DNA of 64,000 nucleotides from IMG/VR virus record IMGVR_UViG_3300028742_000011; one strand, 5' to 3'. The number at the start of each line of letters is the position of its first letter. Positions within the stretch are counted from its first letter, which is position 1. The notes below the pieces were generated by a model. That model did not search any database, was not told the origin of the DNA, and saw nothing but the letters and a program-made list of their open reading frames with translations. This document shows, in pieces, positions 48,172 to 57,225 of the stretch. Source of the stretch: a virus. The translations under genes and the position numbers were made by a program.

Positions 48172-48580
48172 GTAGATCGTCAGATGTACTTGCTGGCGGC
48201 CCCATCTGAAGCACGCCGTCTGTTACGTCAGCCTGCACTTCGAGGGCCTTGCGGCTGCCGAGGTACTGACCGACTTCGTTATTGATTCTCTGGACGCCGC
48301 CTTCATAGAGCTGAGCTGCTACCTTGGCGCATCGGTGTTTCTCGATCACGTCCTCTGTATCTTCGGACGGAGTATTGATGGTATCCAATATGAACTTGGT
48401 GCATTCATGATCGAAGATTCGCTGTATATGTCGCCAGCCAGCAGAAGAAATGGTCTGCGTAATCTCCGCCTGCTCATGAGGTGCTAACACAAGGATGGGT
48501 ACGAAATTTGAAATGCTGCGTTCGATCACTAGCCCTCCCCGGCAGTGATATGGAATTTGGCTGTTGGGGTGCTCCCCCAT
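48128..48580 (-). CDS. Hypothetical acidic protein
   Basis: ORF. Confidence 0.3.
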   Translation of the reverse strand: MGEHPNSQIPYHCRGGLVIERSISNFVPILVLAPHEQAEITQTISSAGWRHIQRIFDHECTKFILDTINTPSEDTEDVIEKHRCAKVAAQLYEGGVQRINNEVGQYLGSRKALEVQADVTDGVLQMGPPASTSDDLLESSEEGTIFDHFE

Positions 48581-48616
48581 TTACTCTGCTGGTCCAAGCA
48601 GACACCGATCCATGTC

Positions 48617-50746
48617 TTATGCAACTGTAGGCTGTTGTCCTTCCAACCCGCCAGTGCTCGGCAACCCTTCGGTCGCTTCACTCTGAGCGTTGTCCTTGAA
48701 CGACTCACGTACCAAGTCACGCTTGATGCGATTGTCGTTAGACTGGTCTTCAAGCTGCTGCTTCTGCTGGAACTTCTGTTGGTTGCTCTGTGCAGTAACG
48801 GCGGCTTTGGACGCGGCCTGCGCCTGCTGCGATGCAGCGGCACGCTTCTGTTTCATTTCCGGCGTCATCTTCTTGATGATGTCGTTCTTGTTCTTCCACT
48901 CCGTTGACTCGATCCACATCATGACGATTTCCTTCCAGTTGATGTACTCCTCGTTGATGTCAGCGAGAGATTCAACAATCTGGGGGTTCTCAAGAATCTG
49001 TGTGATGAGAGTCATCGACTGCGCCATTGTGCGTTTCGCCGCAAGCGCGGCACCGGCCAGTACTTCGAACTCGATCTTAGCCGCGTGAAACTGGTCAAGG
49101 TCTACTTCGTAGTCGTCGCCCATCTCTTCGCCCAGTACTGCATAAATCTCGGCGTCTGATAGGTATCGCATGACGAGCATGTCGAGGATGTAGAGGAACG
49201 GGCTGAACACCTGTTCGATGAAGTTGTCGAGCGGCCCGTCGAGACGAGTCGCGCTTGCACTTGCGAGGATGCCTGCGCCTCCTGCGGTGCGCCCCATAGA
49301 AGAACGGGGGCCGGATGACGAGCCTTGTACGAGCGCTTGATCTGCGCCCGATGCGGACTCGGTTGCCTTCTCTGACTCGCTTAGGGCCGACCAGATGTCT
49401 GGTGGAACCTTAGGAGTGTCGAGTAGGTGATATGCTTCTTTGGCGATACCGTCCACAGTTAGAATCTTACCGATCCCGGTGCGTATCATTTGCGTCGGCG
49501 CGTTTGTGTCGCGCTGGCGAAGATAGATCGGGTTGATCCCGAACGACAGCATCTTCAGAATTGCGTTGATGGTGCCTTGGTCGACGCGCTGATTCTGTCC
49601 GACGATAAGGCCGAGGCCCATGCCGTAGAATGCCTTGGCGCGGTTCCACCAGTTTGCACTGAGGAACGGGATAACGCCGAACTTGTTCTGTCCGGTGAAG
49701 ATCACTTTCTTGCGGTCGATGACAAGAACCTTGCGGTTTCTATCCCAATACTCAAGCACTTCCATCTTCTTGAAGAGCATGTCAGGGGTCACCTGAATGT
49801 TCATCTCTTCAGCATGGTGAACTGCACCGCGCATGTACGCCATTGTGTCGCTGGCGAGTACTGGTGCTACGTTCGTGCCGGATGGTGCGAACCACCACTT
49901 GCGAAGCTCGTCTTCAGACTTCGGCAACTCCCACCCATCTTTGTCCGGGTGATCTTCGGGAAGCTCTTCGAGAGCTGCGCGGATATCGTTGAGCTGGTAG
50001 AAGTCCATGTAGCGAACGTCGATCACGAAGTCTGCTTTGCGGATATCCCCGACATCGCACTTCGGGTCTACGAACACCTTGTTGATCGGGCGCGACTCGA
50101 AGAACGGTCGCGGCACAACACGGGACTTACGCTTCACGTCTGGGGGTACATCCAGAGGAACTTTCTGCGTGACCTGATCCTGTCCTACACCACCAGTGAT
50201 CGTGGTCGTAGTGGACTTGCGTTCCCACGTTACCACTTCCTTGTAGTCAACTCCCCACTTCCAGATGCCGGTGCCGAGGCAAGCCATCTGTTCGAGTCCC
50301 CACTTGGTTTCGGTCTTGAATCCACAGTCGTTCAGCAAATAGCTGAAGAGCACGGTCTTGGCATCTATGGTGTCTTGACTCGTGCCTGAGCGCGGTCGGA
50401 GTACCATCGGAGGGTCTGCATAGAACAGGCCCTTGTAGAGAGAGGGTACGACAGAGTTCACTACCTTTGCTACTGTAAATCGTTGTACGTTAGGTTCGAG
50501 GACGTATGTGTTCTCGTACACTGACATCGGGCGCGGCGACTGGTAGAGCAAGTCGGCATCACGCCACAAGAGGTTCCACTGCTTCTCGCTGATGAAAGCT
50601 TCGGCTTTGCTGGCGCTTCCAAGCACGAGTGCTAGGTCAGCGTTTAGGGTCTTGAGGGTTCCACCCTTGCCGTAGTCCAATGGGTCAAGCGTCTCACGTG
50701 CTACACCGTCCGCGACTATCCCCGGAGCTTCATTTAGTTCAGCCAT
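48617..50746 (-). CDS. Portal protein
   Basis: 709 aa, immediately downstream of the large terminase. Acidic/Gln-rich C-terminus. Confidence 0.55.
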   Translation of the reverse strand: MAELNEAPGIVADGVARETLDPLDYGKGGTLKTLNADLALVLGSASKAEAFISEKQWNLLWRDADLLYQSPRPMSVYENTYVLEPNVQRFTVAKVVNSVVPSLYKGLFYADPPMVLRPRSGTSQDTIDAKTVLFSYLLNDCGFKTETKWGLEQMACLGTGIWKWGVDYKEVVTWERKSTTTTITGGVGQDQVTQKVPLDVPPDVKRKSRVVPRPFFESRPINKVFVDPKCDVGDIRKADFVIDVRYMDFYQLNDIRAALEELPEDHPDKDGWELPKSEDELRKWWFAPSGTNVAPVLASDTMAYMRGAVHHAEEMNIQVTPDMLFKKMEVLEYWDRNRKVLVIDRKKVIFTGQNKFGVIPFLSANWWNRAKAFYGMGLGLIVGQNQRVDQGTINAILKMLSFGINPIYLRQRDTNAPTQMIRTGIGKILTVDGIAKEAYHLLDTPKVPPDIWSALSESEKATESASGADQALVQGSSSGPRSSMGRTAGGAGILASASATRLDGPLDNFIEQVFSPFLYILDMLVMRYLSDAEIYAVLGEEMGDDYEVDLDQFHAAKIEFEVLAGAALAAKRTMAQSMTLITQILENPQIVESLADINEEYINWKEIVMMWIESTEWKNKNDIIKKMTPEMKQKRAAASQQAQAASKAAVTAQSNQQKFQQKQQLEDQSNDNRIKRDLVRESFKDNAQSEATEGLPSTGGLEGQQPTVA

Positions 50747-50754
50747 GTTTCTCC

Positions 50755-52791
50755 TTAGTTGAATAGATCGGCAAACGGGTCAGTGCCCATTGGCTCATCG
50801 CGGAACATACGGCTGTTGTCGATCTGGAACGCAGTCACCGGGTTGTCATCATTCACGAGCTGGGCCTTTATGTTCATGTGAGCATACTTGCCAATACCGT
50901 GTACGAGTTGATGACGTTCGTGGTTCTGTTGATCTGCAACATACTGCGAGTTCACCATGTCCACTTTCGATCCCACATCGGCATAAGAGATGAACTGCTC
51001 AACCAATAGGGATAGTGCGGAGATAATGTCGTCGTGTGTGTCGTCGCTGGTGCCCGTGAAGGCTTCGAGTTCGTTGTAGAGTTCGTTCAACCCTTCGCAG
51101 GAGTTGAGGAAGAACATACGCTCGTCGCCAAGCAGTCGGAGTACCGGCTTGGCTTTCATCTGTTTCGAGTTAGACTTCTTGCCGAGGCCCAGAGAGCAGT
51201 ACTCAATCGGAATGCTGATTTGCAGCTTGTCCATCTCTCGACGGAGTTCGCGTCCCATCCACTTCACGCCCACCGAGTCTTCGATGGCGATTCGCTTAGG
51301 CTTCCATTTGTACGCTGTGTTGGCGATAACCGCAGGCAGCTCGATCTCGTTGAATCGTCCGCGCACCATGTTGAGGATGTAGAAACGCCCGCCATATATC
51401 AGCGTGGTCAGGATAACGGTGTAATCGGCCCATGACTTTGTTGAATACGCTGTGTCTACTGTCGTCACGACTACGCCTTGCGGCGGCAGCATGTTGTGCG
51501 GGATAGTGCGCTTCATCAGAAGGGCACGCTCGAACTTGATACGGTTGATCTTTCTCGGGTTGTTGAGGTACTTGATGGCGAACCCTTCCGGGTCCGTCTT
51601 TCTCTCATCATACAAAAAGCTAAAAGGCAGACGCTCAGGGAACCAGAGTTCATAGTCTGGACCTTTGGCGTCTACGTCGGTCTTGCCTTCCTTGATCGCT
51701 TGATCGGTGAGCCACATTGCGGCTCGAAGGTAGGTCTTGGTCTTGTACTCGATGTTCAGTCGCCCGGAGTCAACGCTGCCAGTGATGAGGTTCGACAGAC
51801 CCTCTTCCTTGATGAACGTTTCCTGCTGCTTGATCTTCTCGCCGTAGTAGTCCTTCTCGTCGTACCACGTACCGATTACGTCCATGAATCCGTAAGGGTG
51901 AAGCATGGCTCGATCAATACTGATCTGCTTAGCGATTTTCTTCAAACGGTCAACGGTTTGACTGTTCTCGTTCGTGATAACGTCGTCCAGCTTCATCACG
52001 TCGAAGTGCTTACCGACGAGGGCTTGTCCGATGGACGCGGCCTTCACGGTTGGCTCTTTCTGATCGCCCTGCGCTGGGGAGTGATACTCGAACTGAGTGC
52101 CTGAGGCTGGAGGAACACAGTGCTCAGGGAACAACGTTTGGAACATGCTTTCAGACCATTCCTCTGTCTCTTCGTCGAAGAAGAGCTTGGGCACGAGTAC
52201 CGGCTTGCCGGTCTTGGTGTCGAGCTTCTGCGACTCTATGAGAGTGAAGTGGTTCTTGACTTCTCCGAGGAAGTCACTGGCGAGGTCGAACACACCCGTC
52301 AGGATCAGAATGGTAATCGCGGGGTAGCAACTCACCCACTGAACCACGTCTGCAATGTCGATAGAAGATTTGAACCCGCCTCGTGGGACTAGCAACATTC
52401 GATCCTTGAGGTCAGTATACTGGTTGGCAAACTTCTCTACTGTTACGAAAGTCGGGTTCTTCTGCACGAAAAACTTGTTGCAAATTTCTTCGTGGGTATT
52501 CACGGTGACCTTGTTGTAGGTTTCCAACAGGTGACACATGAAGAACAGGTTGGTCTGGGCCATGAATCGAGCGATGAGCAATAGCTCACCGGTTGAGTCG
52601 TCCAGCGCCTCCTTGTTCATGTCTAGCGCACGTTTCCATGACGCATAAACCTTCTCGCGCTGACCGTCAGTGAGCTTCGAAAAGCTCTTCTTGGCCAACG
52701 CTAGGATATCTTCGTTACTTGTTTCACGGAACTGATAGTTCGGGTTCGTCTTACACGAGGCGATTAGGTCTCGTAGTTTCTGAAGCTTCAT
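50755..52791 (-). CDS. Terminase large subunit
   Basis: 678 aa. The ATPase region has a deviant P-loop VPRGGFKSS. The C-terminal RNaseH-like nuclease has acidic motifs (VVVTTVDTAYSTKSWADYTVI). Confidence 0.65.
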   Translation of the reverse strand: MKLQKLRDLIASCKTNPNYQFRETSNEDILALAKKSFSKLTDGQREKVYASWKRALDMNKEALDDSTGELLLIARFMAQTNLFFMCHLLETYNKVTVNTHEEICNKFFVQKNPTFVTVEKFANQYTDLKDRMLLVPRGGFKSSIDIADVVQWVSCYPAITILILTGVFDLASDFLGEVKNHFTLIESQKLDTKTGKPVLVPKLFFDEETEEWSESMFQTLFPEHCVPPASGTQFEYHSPAQGDQKEPTVKAASIGQALVGKHFDVMKLDDVITNENSQTVDRLKKIAKQISIDRAMLHPYGFMDVIGTWYDEKDYYGEKIKQQETFIKEEGLSNLITGSVDSGRLNIEYKTKTYLRAAMWLTDQAIKEGKTDVDAKGPDYELWFPERLPFSFLYDERKTDPEGFAIKYLNNPRKINRIKFERALLMKRTIPHNMLPPQGVVVTTVDTAYSTKSWADYTVILTTLIYGGRFYILNMVRGRFNEIELPAVIANTAYKWKPKRIAIEDSVGVKWMGRELRREMDKLQISIPIEYCSLGLGKKSNSKQMKAKPVLRLLGDERMFFLNSCEGLNELYNELEAFTGTSDDTHDDIISALSLLVEQFISYADVGSKVDMVNSQYVADQQNHERHQLVHGIGKYAHMNIKAQLVNDDNPVTAFQIDNSRMFRDEPMGTDPFADLFN

Positions 52792-52818
52792 GATCCTCCA
52801 ATCATGGGGAGGATCAGA

Positions 52819-53028
52819 TTAGTGATGCCACCCGTTCATTGTTTCCGCGAATTGTGCCATCTTACGAGTATGTGGATTGTCGCTGTTCTTCGCGCTCTCC
52901 AACTTGTCGTGCGGAATTGTCTTGCCCTCTGGAACGCCAAGAGCGCGGTGCAGGCCGCCCTTGTTCAGATGGGACAACGCTCGATGCAACGAGACGTTGT
53001 GCATAGGTTTCTCTTCGTGATCTGCCAT
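52819..53028 (-). CDS. Hypothetical small protein
   Basis: ORF. Confidence 0.3.
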   Translation of the reverse strand: MADHEEKPMHNVSLHRALSHLNKGGLHRALGVPEGKTIPHDKLESAKNSDNPHTRKMAQFAETMNGWHH

Positions 53029-53366
53029 TACATGCCTGCCATAGGAGATGCTGCGGCTGCTCCTGAACCTGCCGCTGGGGGAGCTGCTGCGCCTGCGGCG
53101 GGTGCCGCGTTAGCTGGTGAGCCGGGATCGCTCGTGTCTTCGCCGGGGTTCGGCGTGCCCATAGTGGCCATAGAGTGAGCTGCCAACTCGTCGTCGCCCT
53201 TGGTGACGTGCTCTTCCATCGGGTGATGGCTAGGGTGAGTGTGGTGATGCTCGTGGATTACGTGTCCCGGTGTCGCGCTCTTACGCGAGACAACGTGACT
53301 GATCTCTTTCTTTGGCTTGTCGCCGTCGCCAGCCATATCGTGCGCTACTGCGTGCTTCCAACCCAT
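53028..53366 (-). CDS. His-rich / Ala-Pro-rich hypothetical protein
   Basis: HVIHEHHHTHPSHHP followed by a PAAGAAAPPAAG tail. Confidence 0.3.
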   Translation of the reverse strand: MGWKHAVAHDMAGDGDKPKKEISHVVSRKSATPGHVIHEHHHTHPSHHPMEEHVTKGDDELAAHSMATMGTPNPGEDTSDPGSPANAAPAAGAAAPPAAGSGAAAASPMAGM

Positions 53367-53368
53367 CG

Positions 53369-53869
53369 TTATGCCTTTCGTAATTTCTCAGCGAAGTAGT
53401 CCCAATGGGTCTTCGCAAACTGCCGTACTCCGATGCCGGGGTCGTACTTGGCGTACAGTGTACGGTAAATTTTCTCGGAGTGAATGAAATTACCTGCTAG
53501 TTCACCTATTGCTCGTAGGTAGAGCATTGCCGTTGTTGGGCCACGGGAGTGACCCGCGTTACACGCGACCAGAACTTTGTCGCCTGCCGCCAATCGTTTA
53601 TCGATGAACTCAAGACCGCGCTCCACCATTTCTTTGGGAATGAAGTGGGGGTCTTGGGGGTCAATGAAGTTCAGTGCCCGTCTGCCGGGTTGATCCACTG
53701 ACAGGTAATGCGCCCCTTTGGGTGCTCCGAGAGATTCATAGCCAAGCGTGTCTCTATGACCGCCCGGACCTTCCTTGCAGCAACGAAGGACAGACCAGCC
53801 GTCCTTGCCTTTGATCTTGAGGTAGTCGGAATCGTCACCGACGTACAAGCTGCCGATGACGTTTTCCAT
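53369..53869 (-). CDS. Dual-specificity / tyrosine protein phosphatase
   Basis: VLVACNAGHSRGPT is the CX5R catalytic loop. The domain starts IGSLYVGDD. The listed ORF runs to 54175 across tRNA-Pro, so the start is taken as Met 53869 (Met 54004 is an alternative). Confidence 0.65.
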   Translation of the reverse strand: MENVIGSLYVGDDSDYLKIKGKDGWSVLRCCKEGPGGHRDTLGYESLGAPKGAHYLSVDQPGRRALNFIDPQDPHFIPKEMVERGLEFIDKRLAAGDKVLVACNAGHSRGPTTAMLYLRAIGELAGNFIHSEKIYRTLYAKYDPGIGVRQFAKTHWDYFAEKLRKA

Positions 53870-54131
53870 GCAGCCTCCGAATGGGGTGTACGGTGGAAGT
53901 CGAATCCACCAGAAGACAGCTTCACAGGCTGCTGCTACGGTTCCCAGAGTAGCCACGTACACAGTGTTGCGCCGGAAGTATTCACGGCTGATATGGTGCT
54001 CCATGAGGGCGTCGAACCCACACGCCCGAAGGCACCGGTTTCTTAGACCGGCGCGTCTGCCAATTCCGCCAACAGAGCACTTGAATCTAATGTGTGCCGA
54101 GATTATAAGGCTCTCGGCTGGCCTATCAGTA

Positions 54132-54208
54132 TGGTCTGGGTGAGAGGATTTGAACCTCTGACAACTCGCTTCCAAAGCGAGGACTCTACCAGACTGAGCT
54201 ACACCCAG
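54132..54208 (-). tRNA. tRNA-Pro (anticodon TGG)
   Basis: Folded by hand into a canonical cloverleaf: acceptor CTGGGTG/CACCCAG, anticodon loop TTTGGAA, T-loop TTCAAAT, encoded CCA. Confidence 0.8.
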
Positions 54209-54213
54209 ATGAA

Positions 54214-54690
54214 TTACGCTGGGTTGCTCGGGGAATTCGTAAACACGATCTCAACGGTGGCTGTGCGTACGCCGTTCGCGTTGACGGTCACAGTGATGAC
54301 GCCAGTACCAACGAGGTTGAGCACGGTGCCATCTGGATCGGTGATCGTGGCTGTTGCGGTGATGTTGGCGGTACCAACGGCTACGGCGGTGACGGTAGCA
54401 CTGAAGTCAGTGTTCTCTACCAGCGTTGCGACCGCAGCGTTATCGATGCTCCAAGAGGCAGCAGTTACGACGCCGAGGGAAGCTTCACCGTTTGCTTGAA
54501 GGCCCTGCACGATTGCGAGGACATCATTTGTAGCAACGATGGTTACAGTATTCACAAGAGGTGCTGACATGGTTGTTCTCCAAAGTATTTCAATTGCGAC
54601 GGTTCGTTCTCTGTCGCGGCGATGCCTATTGCGTTTGTGAGTCCTGATGACAAGGCCCACAATGAGCACGAGTATCAGGAACGCGATCAT
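54214..54690 (-). CDS. Big_2-like (bacterial Ig-like) domain protein with a possible N-terminal TM anchor
   Basis: TATATITDPDGTVLNLVGTGVITVTV is Ig-like. An alternative start at Met 54570 has a GGAGA RBS. Confidence 0.4.
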   Translation of the reverse strand: MIAFLILVLIVGLVIRTHKRNRHRRDRERTVAIEILWRTTMSAPLVNTVTIVATNDVLAIVQGLQANGEASLGVVTAASWSIDNAAVATLVENTDFSATVTAVAVGTANITATATITDPDGTVLNLVGTGVITVTVNANGVRTATVEIVFTNSPSNPA

Positions 54691-54932
54691 GCTGTAGTAA
54701 CCTTCTGGCCGTCCGGGGTCTCGCCGTACTTCTGGCGGAACTCATCCACGCTCAAGAAAGCACGATCCCAATTCTTATCAGTCGTTTTCAACCCTGCTGC
54801 TGGGCAGGTCCAAGTTCCTCGTGTGTAAAGCACTTTACCTCTCCTTGTAAAAGTTGCTGACTGCTTCGATAAAACACTTCGCCAGTCGCTTGCGTGTTTG
54901 CGAGGGTGGACTGACCGCCTTGGGCCGACCAC
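54687..54932 (-). CDS. Hypothetical protein
   Basis: ATGA-coupled to the downstream gene. It overlaps the 54788..55093 ORF in another frame, so one of the two starts is wrong. Confidence 0.25.
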   Translation of the reverse strand: MVGPRRSVHPRKHASDWRSVLSKQSATFTRRGKVLYTRGTWTCPAAGLKTTDKNWDRAFLSVDEFRQKYGETPDGQKVTTA

Positions 54933-55093
54933 GTGATTTGAGGTTGCGGATAGTACGGATACGCTGGCGCAACTTCTGGATACGCTCGTCCGCAGTGATT
55001 ACATCGTCCGCATCCGGGGCAGACGGTTGGCTGTTGGTACGGCACATAAGTCACCCCGTTCAAACCCGGTACTTGCGTTACGTCGATGTTCAT
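54788..55093 (-). CDS. Hypothetical CxxCxxCxxC protein
   Basis: CPGCGRCNHCG cluster. The start is coupled (TAATG) to the upstream gene. Confidence 0.3.
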   Translation of the reverse strand: MNIDVTQVPGLNGVTYVPYQQPTVCPGCGRCNHCGRAYPEVAPAYPYYPQPQITWSAQGGQSTLANTQATGEVFYRSSQQLLQGEVKCFTHEELGPAQQQG

Positions 55094-55317
55094 TAGTCGG
55101 TCAGTGCTACCAGTGGTTTGGCCTTAGCCTCTTCCGCTGCTTTCTGCTTGGCTGCTGACGCCTGTAGCGTCTGCTGCACAAAACTGTTCAGGACTACGTT
55201 GGCGTAGTCGGTGGCGAACTGCATGTGAATATCGTCCATAGGGATTTGAAGTCCCTTGTACGTCCACACCTTTGCGAAGTTCTTCGCGTCCTCGGGTAGC
55301 ACCTTGAATGGCTGCAT
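55093..55317 (-). CDS. Hypothetical protein
   Basis: ORF. Confidence 0.3.
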   Translation of the reverse strand: MQPFKVLPEDAKNFAKVWTYKGLQIPMDDIHMQFATDYANVVLNSFVQQTLQASAAKQKAAEEAKAKPLVALTD

Positions 55318-55715
55318 TATTCACCGGCCTTTTTAGAAGGGGCAAGCAGTGCTTCGAAGACGGTTCGGATATTCTCCGAAGCCTCAGCCTCGATCTTGGT
55401 AGGTGGCGGAAGTGTCTCTGTGTCTTCGGCGTCTAACCATTGAATGACTTTAGGGTTGCCGAACTGGGTCAACAGGATGCTGTAGAGCAATTCCTTGTCC
55501 TTGGCCTCTTGTTCGGTCATCGGCACTGCTTTGCCGTTCTTGTTTCCAATTGAGAAGTGCTTGCCCAGCAATGCGGCCAGCAGGCGGCGGTTACCGCTCA
55601 GGCGCTCATCCTTGATGATCGTCGCCAGAACAGTGTTATAGTCCCTGATCCTGACCAGCTTCGGCTGCTTCAGGGCCACTTCGTTTCGTTTTAGAACTTC
55701 GTTTTTCTTCGACAT
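55317..55715 (-). CDS. Hypothetical protein
   Basis: ORF. Confidence 0.35.
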   Translation of the reverse strand: MSKKNEVLKRNEVALKQPKLVRIRDYNTVLATIIKDERLSGNRRLLAALLGKHFSIGNKNGKAVPMTEQEAKDKELLYSILLTQFGNPKVIQWLDAEDTETLPPPTKIEAEASENIRTVFEALLAPSKKAGE

Positions 55716-56160
55716 AGATCACATCACAGGGAAGTGAGCTGTCCATGACCCAGAAGCGTGTCCGCGTCTTGCCCTTGTTGACGGAAGTGATCCCGCACAA
55801 CGGGTGCATATCGCGCACACATCCTTCATAGTCAACCGGAGACATCACCGCGTCCCATTGTGGGTGCGTGTGTATGTAACCAATGACGCTCTTCCCGCGC
55901 TCCTCAGCACGTTCTCTAACTTTGTTATACTCCGTGACGTACCACGAGACCTGCTGCTCTGTCTGCGTGTGGTAATCCTTGGTGTACTCGAAGCTATCAA
56001 TGACAATCAAGTCTTTGGCTTTCACCTCACCAACGAGGTAGGCCATGATCTCTTTGTCGGACTTACGAGCCAGCTTGCGGAAATAATCGAGCTGGCTCTT
56101 TTTGAGTTTTACTCGATTCGACATCGCGTTGTTGGCCCCTAGAAAGGTACCGGCATTCAC
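55636..56160 (-). CDS. JAB/MPN (JAMM) metalloprotease domain protein
   Basis: GYIHTHPQWDAVMSPVD matches the JAMM motif HxHx7Sx2D. Its 3' end overlaps the 55317..55715 ORF on the same strand (55636..55715). Confidence 0.6.
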   Translation of the reverse strand: MNAGTFLGANNAMSNRVKLKKSQLDYFRKLARKSDKEIMAYLVGEVKAKDLIVIDSFEYTKDYHTQTEQQVSWYVTEYNKVRERAEERGKSVIGYIHTHPQWDAVMSPVDYEGCVRDMHPLCGITSVNKGKTRTRFWVMDSSLPCDVIYVEEKRSSKTKRSGPEAAEAGQDQGL

Positions 56161-56210
56161 CGGTATGGTAGCTCTATTAGGCGTCCCGTAGGACGACGGC
56201 TACGCTAATA

Positions 56211-56285
56211 TGGTGGACAAGAAGGGGATTGAACCCTTGACCTTCTGCTTGCAAAGCAGTTGCTCTCCCGCTGAGCTACACGCCC
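56211..56285 (-). tRNA. tRNA-Ala (anticodon TGC)
   Basis: Folded by hand: D-arm GCTCAGCGGGAGAGC, anticodon loop TTTGCAA, G3:U70 wobble present, T-loop TTCAATC, CCA encoded. One mismatch at 6:67. Confidence 0.75.
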
Positions 56286-56429
56286 ACTTGAATCTAATGT
56301 CTCCCCGGAGGAGTCTTGCGACCGCGAAGCCGGGGGTTAGCGCCGTAGCGCGAATGTGTGCCCGATTTTTACATCGCAGGCGGGGATGGACGGTTGCGCG
56401 GAGCGCGTACCGACAGACGTGTTAGAAAA

Positions 56430-56553
56430 TGGCTCACGGGGCTGGGATCGAACCAGCGACCGTTCGGTTACTTTTCGAGATTCCAGAGTTGCACTGGAGC
56501 GTGGCGTTCCACATCTCGCACAGCCGAATGCTCTACCGCTGAGCTACCCGCAA
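56430..56553 (-). tRNA. tRNA-like gene interrupted by a 56-nt insertion (including a 41-nt structured core) in the anticodon loop (GTG/His-like anticodon context)
   Basis: Canonical acceptor (TTGCGGG/CCCGTGA), D-arm (GCTC-AGCGGTA-GAGC), T-arm (GCTGG-TTCGATC-CCAGC) and CCA. The anticodon stem TTCGG/CCGAA encloses 56 nt (loop 5 + 41-nt core + 10) containing a 6-bp helix CGAGAT/ATCTCG and two hairpins. Confidence 0.5.
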
Positions 56554-56559
56554 ATGAGC

Positions 56560-57099
56560 TTAGATTTTCTGCCCAGAACGAGTATTGTAATTAGCGATCT
56601 TCGCTTCGATGTCAGCAACACGAGCTTCAACGTCAGCAGACACGCTAGATACTGCGGTCTTGACGGCTGCAACCGGCTTTGCTGCGGCGGTCTCAAGAGC
56701 CTTGACGCGGGCAATGAGTGCCTCTAGGTCAGTCTTGGATGCGGCCTCAACATGCTGGACAACAGTCTTCACTGCGGTGACCGGCGCTGCTACTGCGGCT
56801 TCAACCTTCACGGCCTCAGTCTTCACATCAGCTTCGACCTTGGCTGCATCAGCCTTGGCTTCAGTCTCAACCTTTGCCACTTCTGCGGTAGGGTGGATGA
56901 CGTGCTGTACTGCGGTCTCGACTACCTGACCGACGTGCTTGACTTCTGCTTCGACCTTCTGCGCTACGGTCTGTTGAGCAACGGGAAGTTTGATCGCGTG
57001 CTGGACGGGTACTGGTCTTAGACTTGCGACGGTGTTTCCTGCTGCGGGTGCCTGTGGCATTGTATCTCCTTGCTCCTCACGTACTTGATACGCTTTCAA
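56560..57099 (-). CDS. Ala/Val/Lys/Glu-rich repetitive protein (histone-H1-like low complexity)
   Basis: Repeated VEAxVK / KVEAEVK units. Immediately downstream of the promoter at 57198..57225. Confidence 0.4.
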   Translation of the reverse strand: MKAYQVREEQGDTMPQAPAAGNTVASLRPVPVQHAIKLPVAQQTVAQKVEAEVKHVGQVVETAVQHVIHPTAEVAKVETEAKADAAKVEADVKTEAVKVEAAVAAPVTAVKTVVQHVEAASKTDLEALIARVKALETAAAKPVAAVKTAVSSVSADVEARVADIEAKIANYNTRSGQKI

Positions 57100-57197
57100 A
57101 TAACGGCGGTGGGTAGGGCTTTACAGCTCCTAGGAGGAGGCCCACTCGCCTATCTCGTGACTCTTGGAGGGCTTCTTTCCCTCAACTGTCTAATACC

Positions 57198-57225
57198 AGT
57201 GTAGCACCCTTTTTTCGAAAGTCAA
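57198..57225 (-). promoter_or_regulatory. Promoter TTGACT-N16-TACACT (minus strand)
   Basis: The + strand reads AGTGTA-N16-AGTCAA. Confidence 0.45.

Noticed and set aside
49490-50389. 299-aa + strand ORF
   Set aside because: Antisense to the portal gene.
51478-52104. 208-aa + strand ORF
   Set aside because: Antisense to the large terminase gene.
53369-54175. Full 268-aa version of the phosphatase ORF
   Set aside because: Its N-terminal 100 residues would be translated across the tRNA-Pro gene. The phosphatase domain begins at Met 53869.
54092-54499. 135-aa + strand ORF
   Set aside because: Overlaps tRNA-Pro and is antisense to the Big_2-like gene.
56430-56553. Group I or group II intron inside the tRNA-like gene
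   Set aside because: The insertion is only 56 nt, far below the size of self-splicing introns, and no intron-encoded ORF is present. It is kept as an unexplained structured insert.
56356-56727. + strand ORFs (123 aa and 78 aa) across the tRNA cluster
   Set aside because: They overlap the two minus-strand tRNA genes and have no coding signal.
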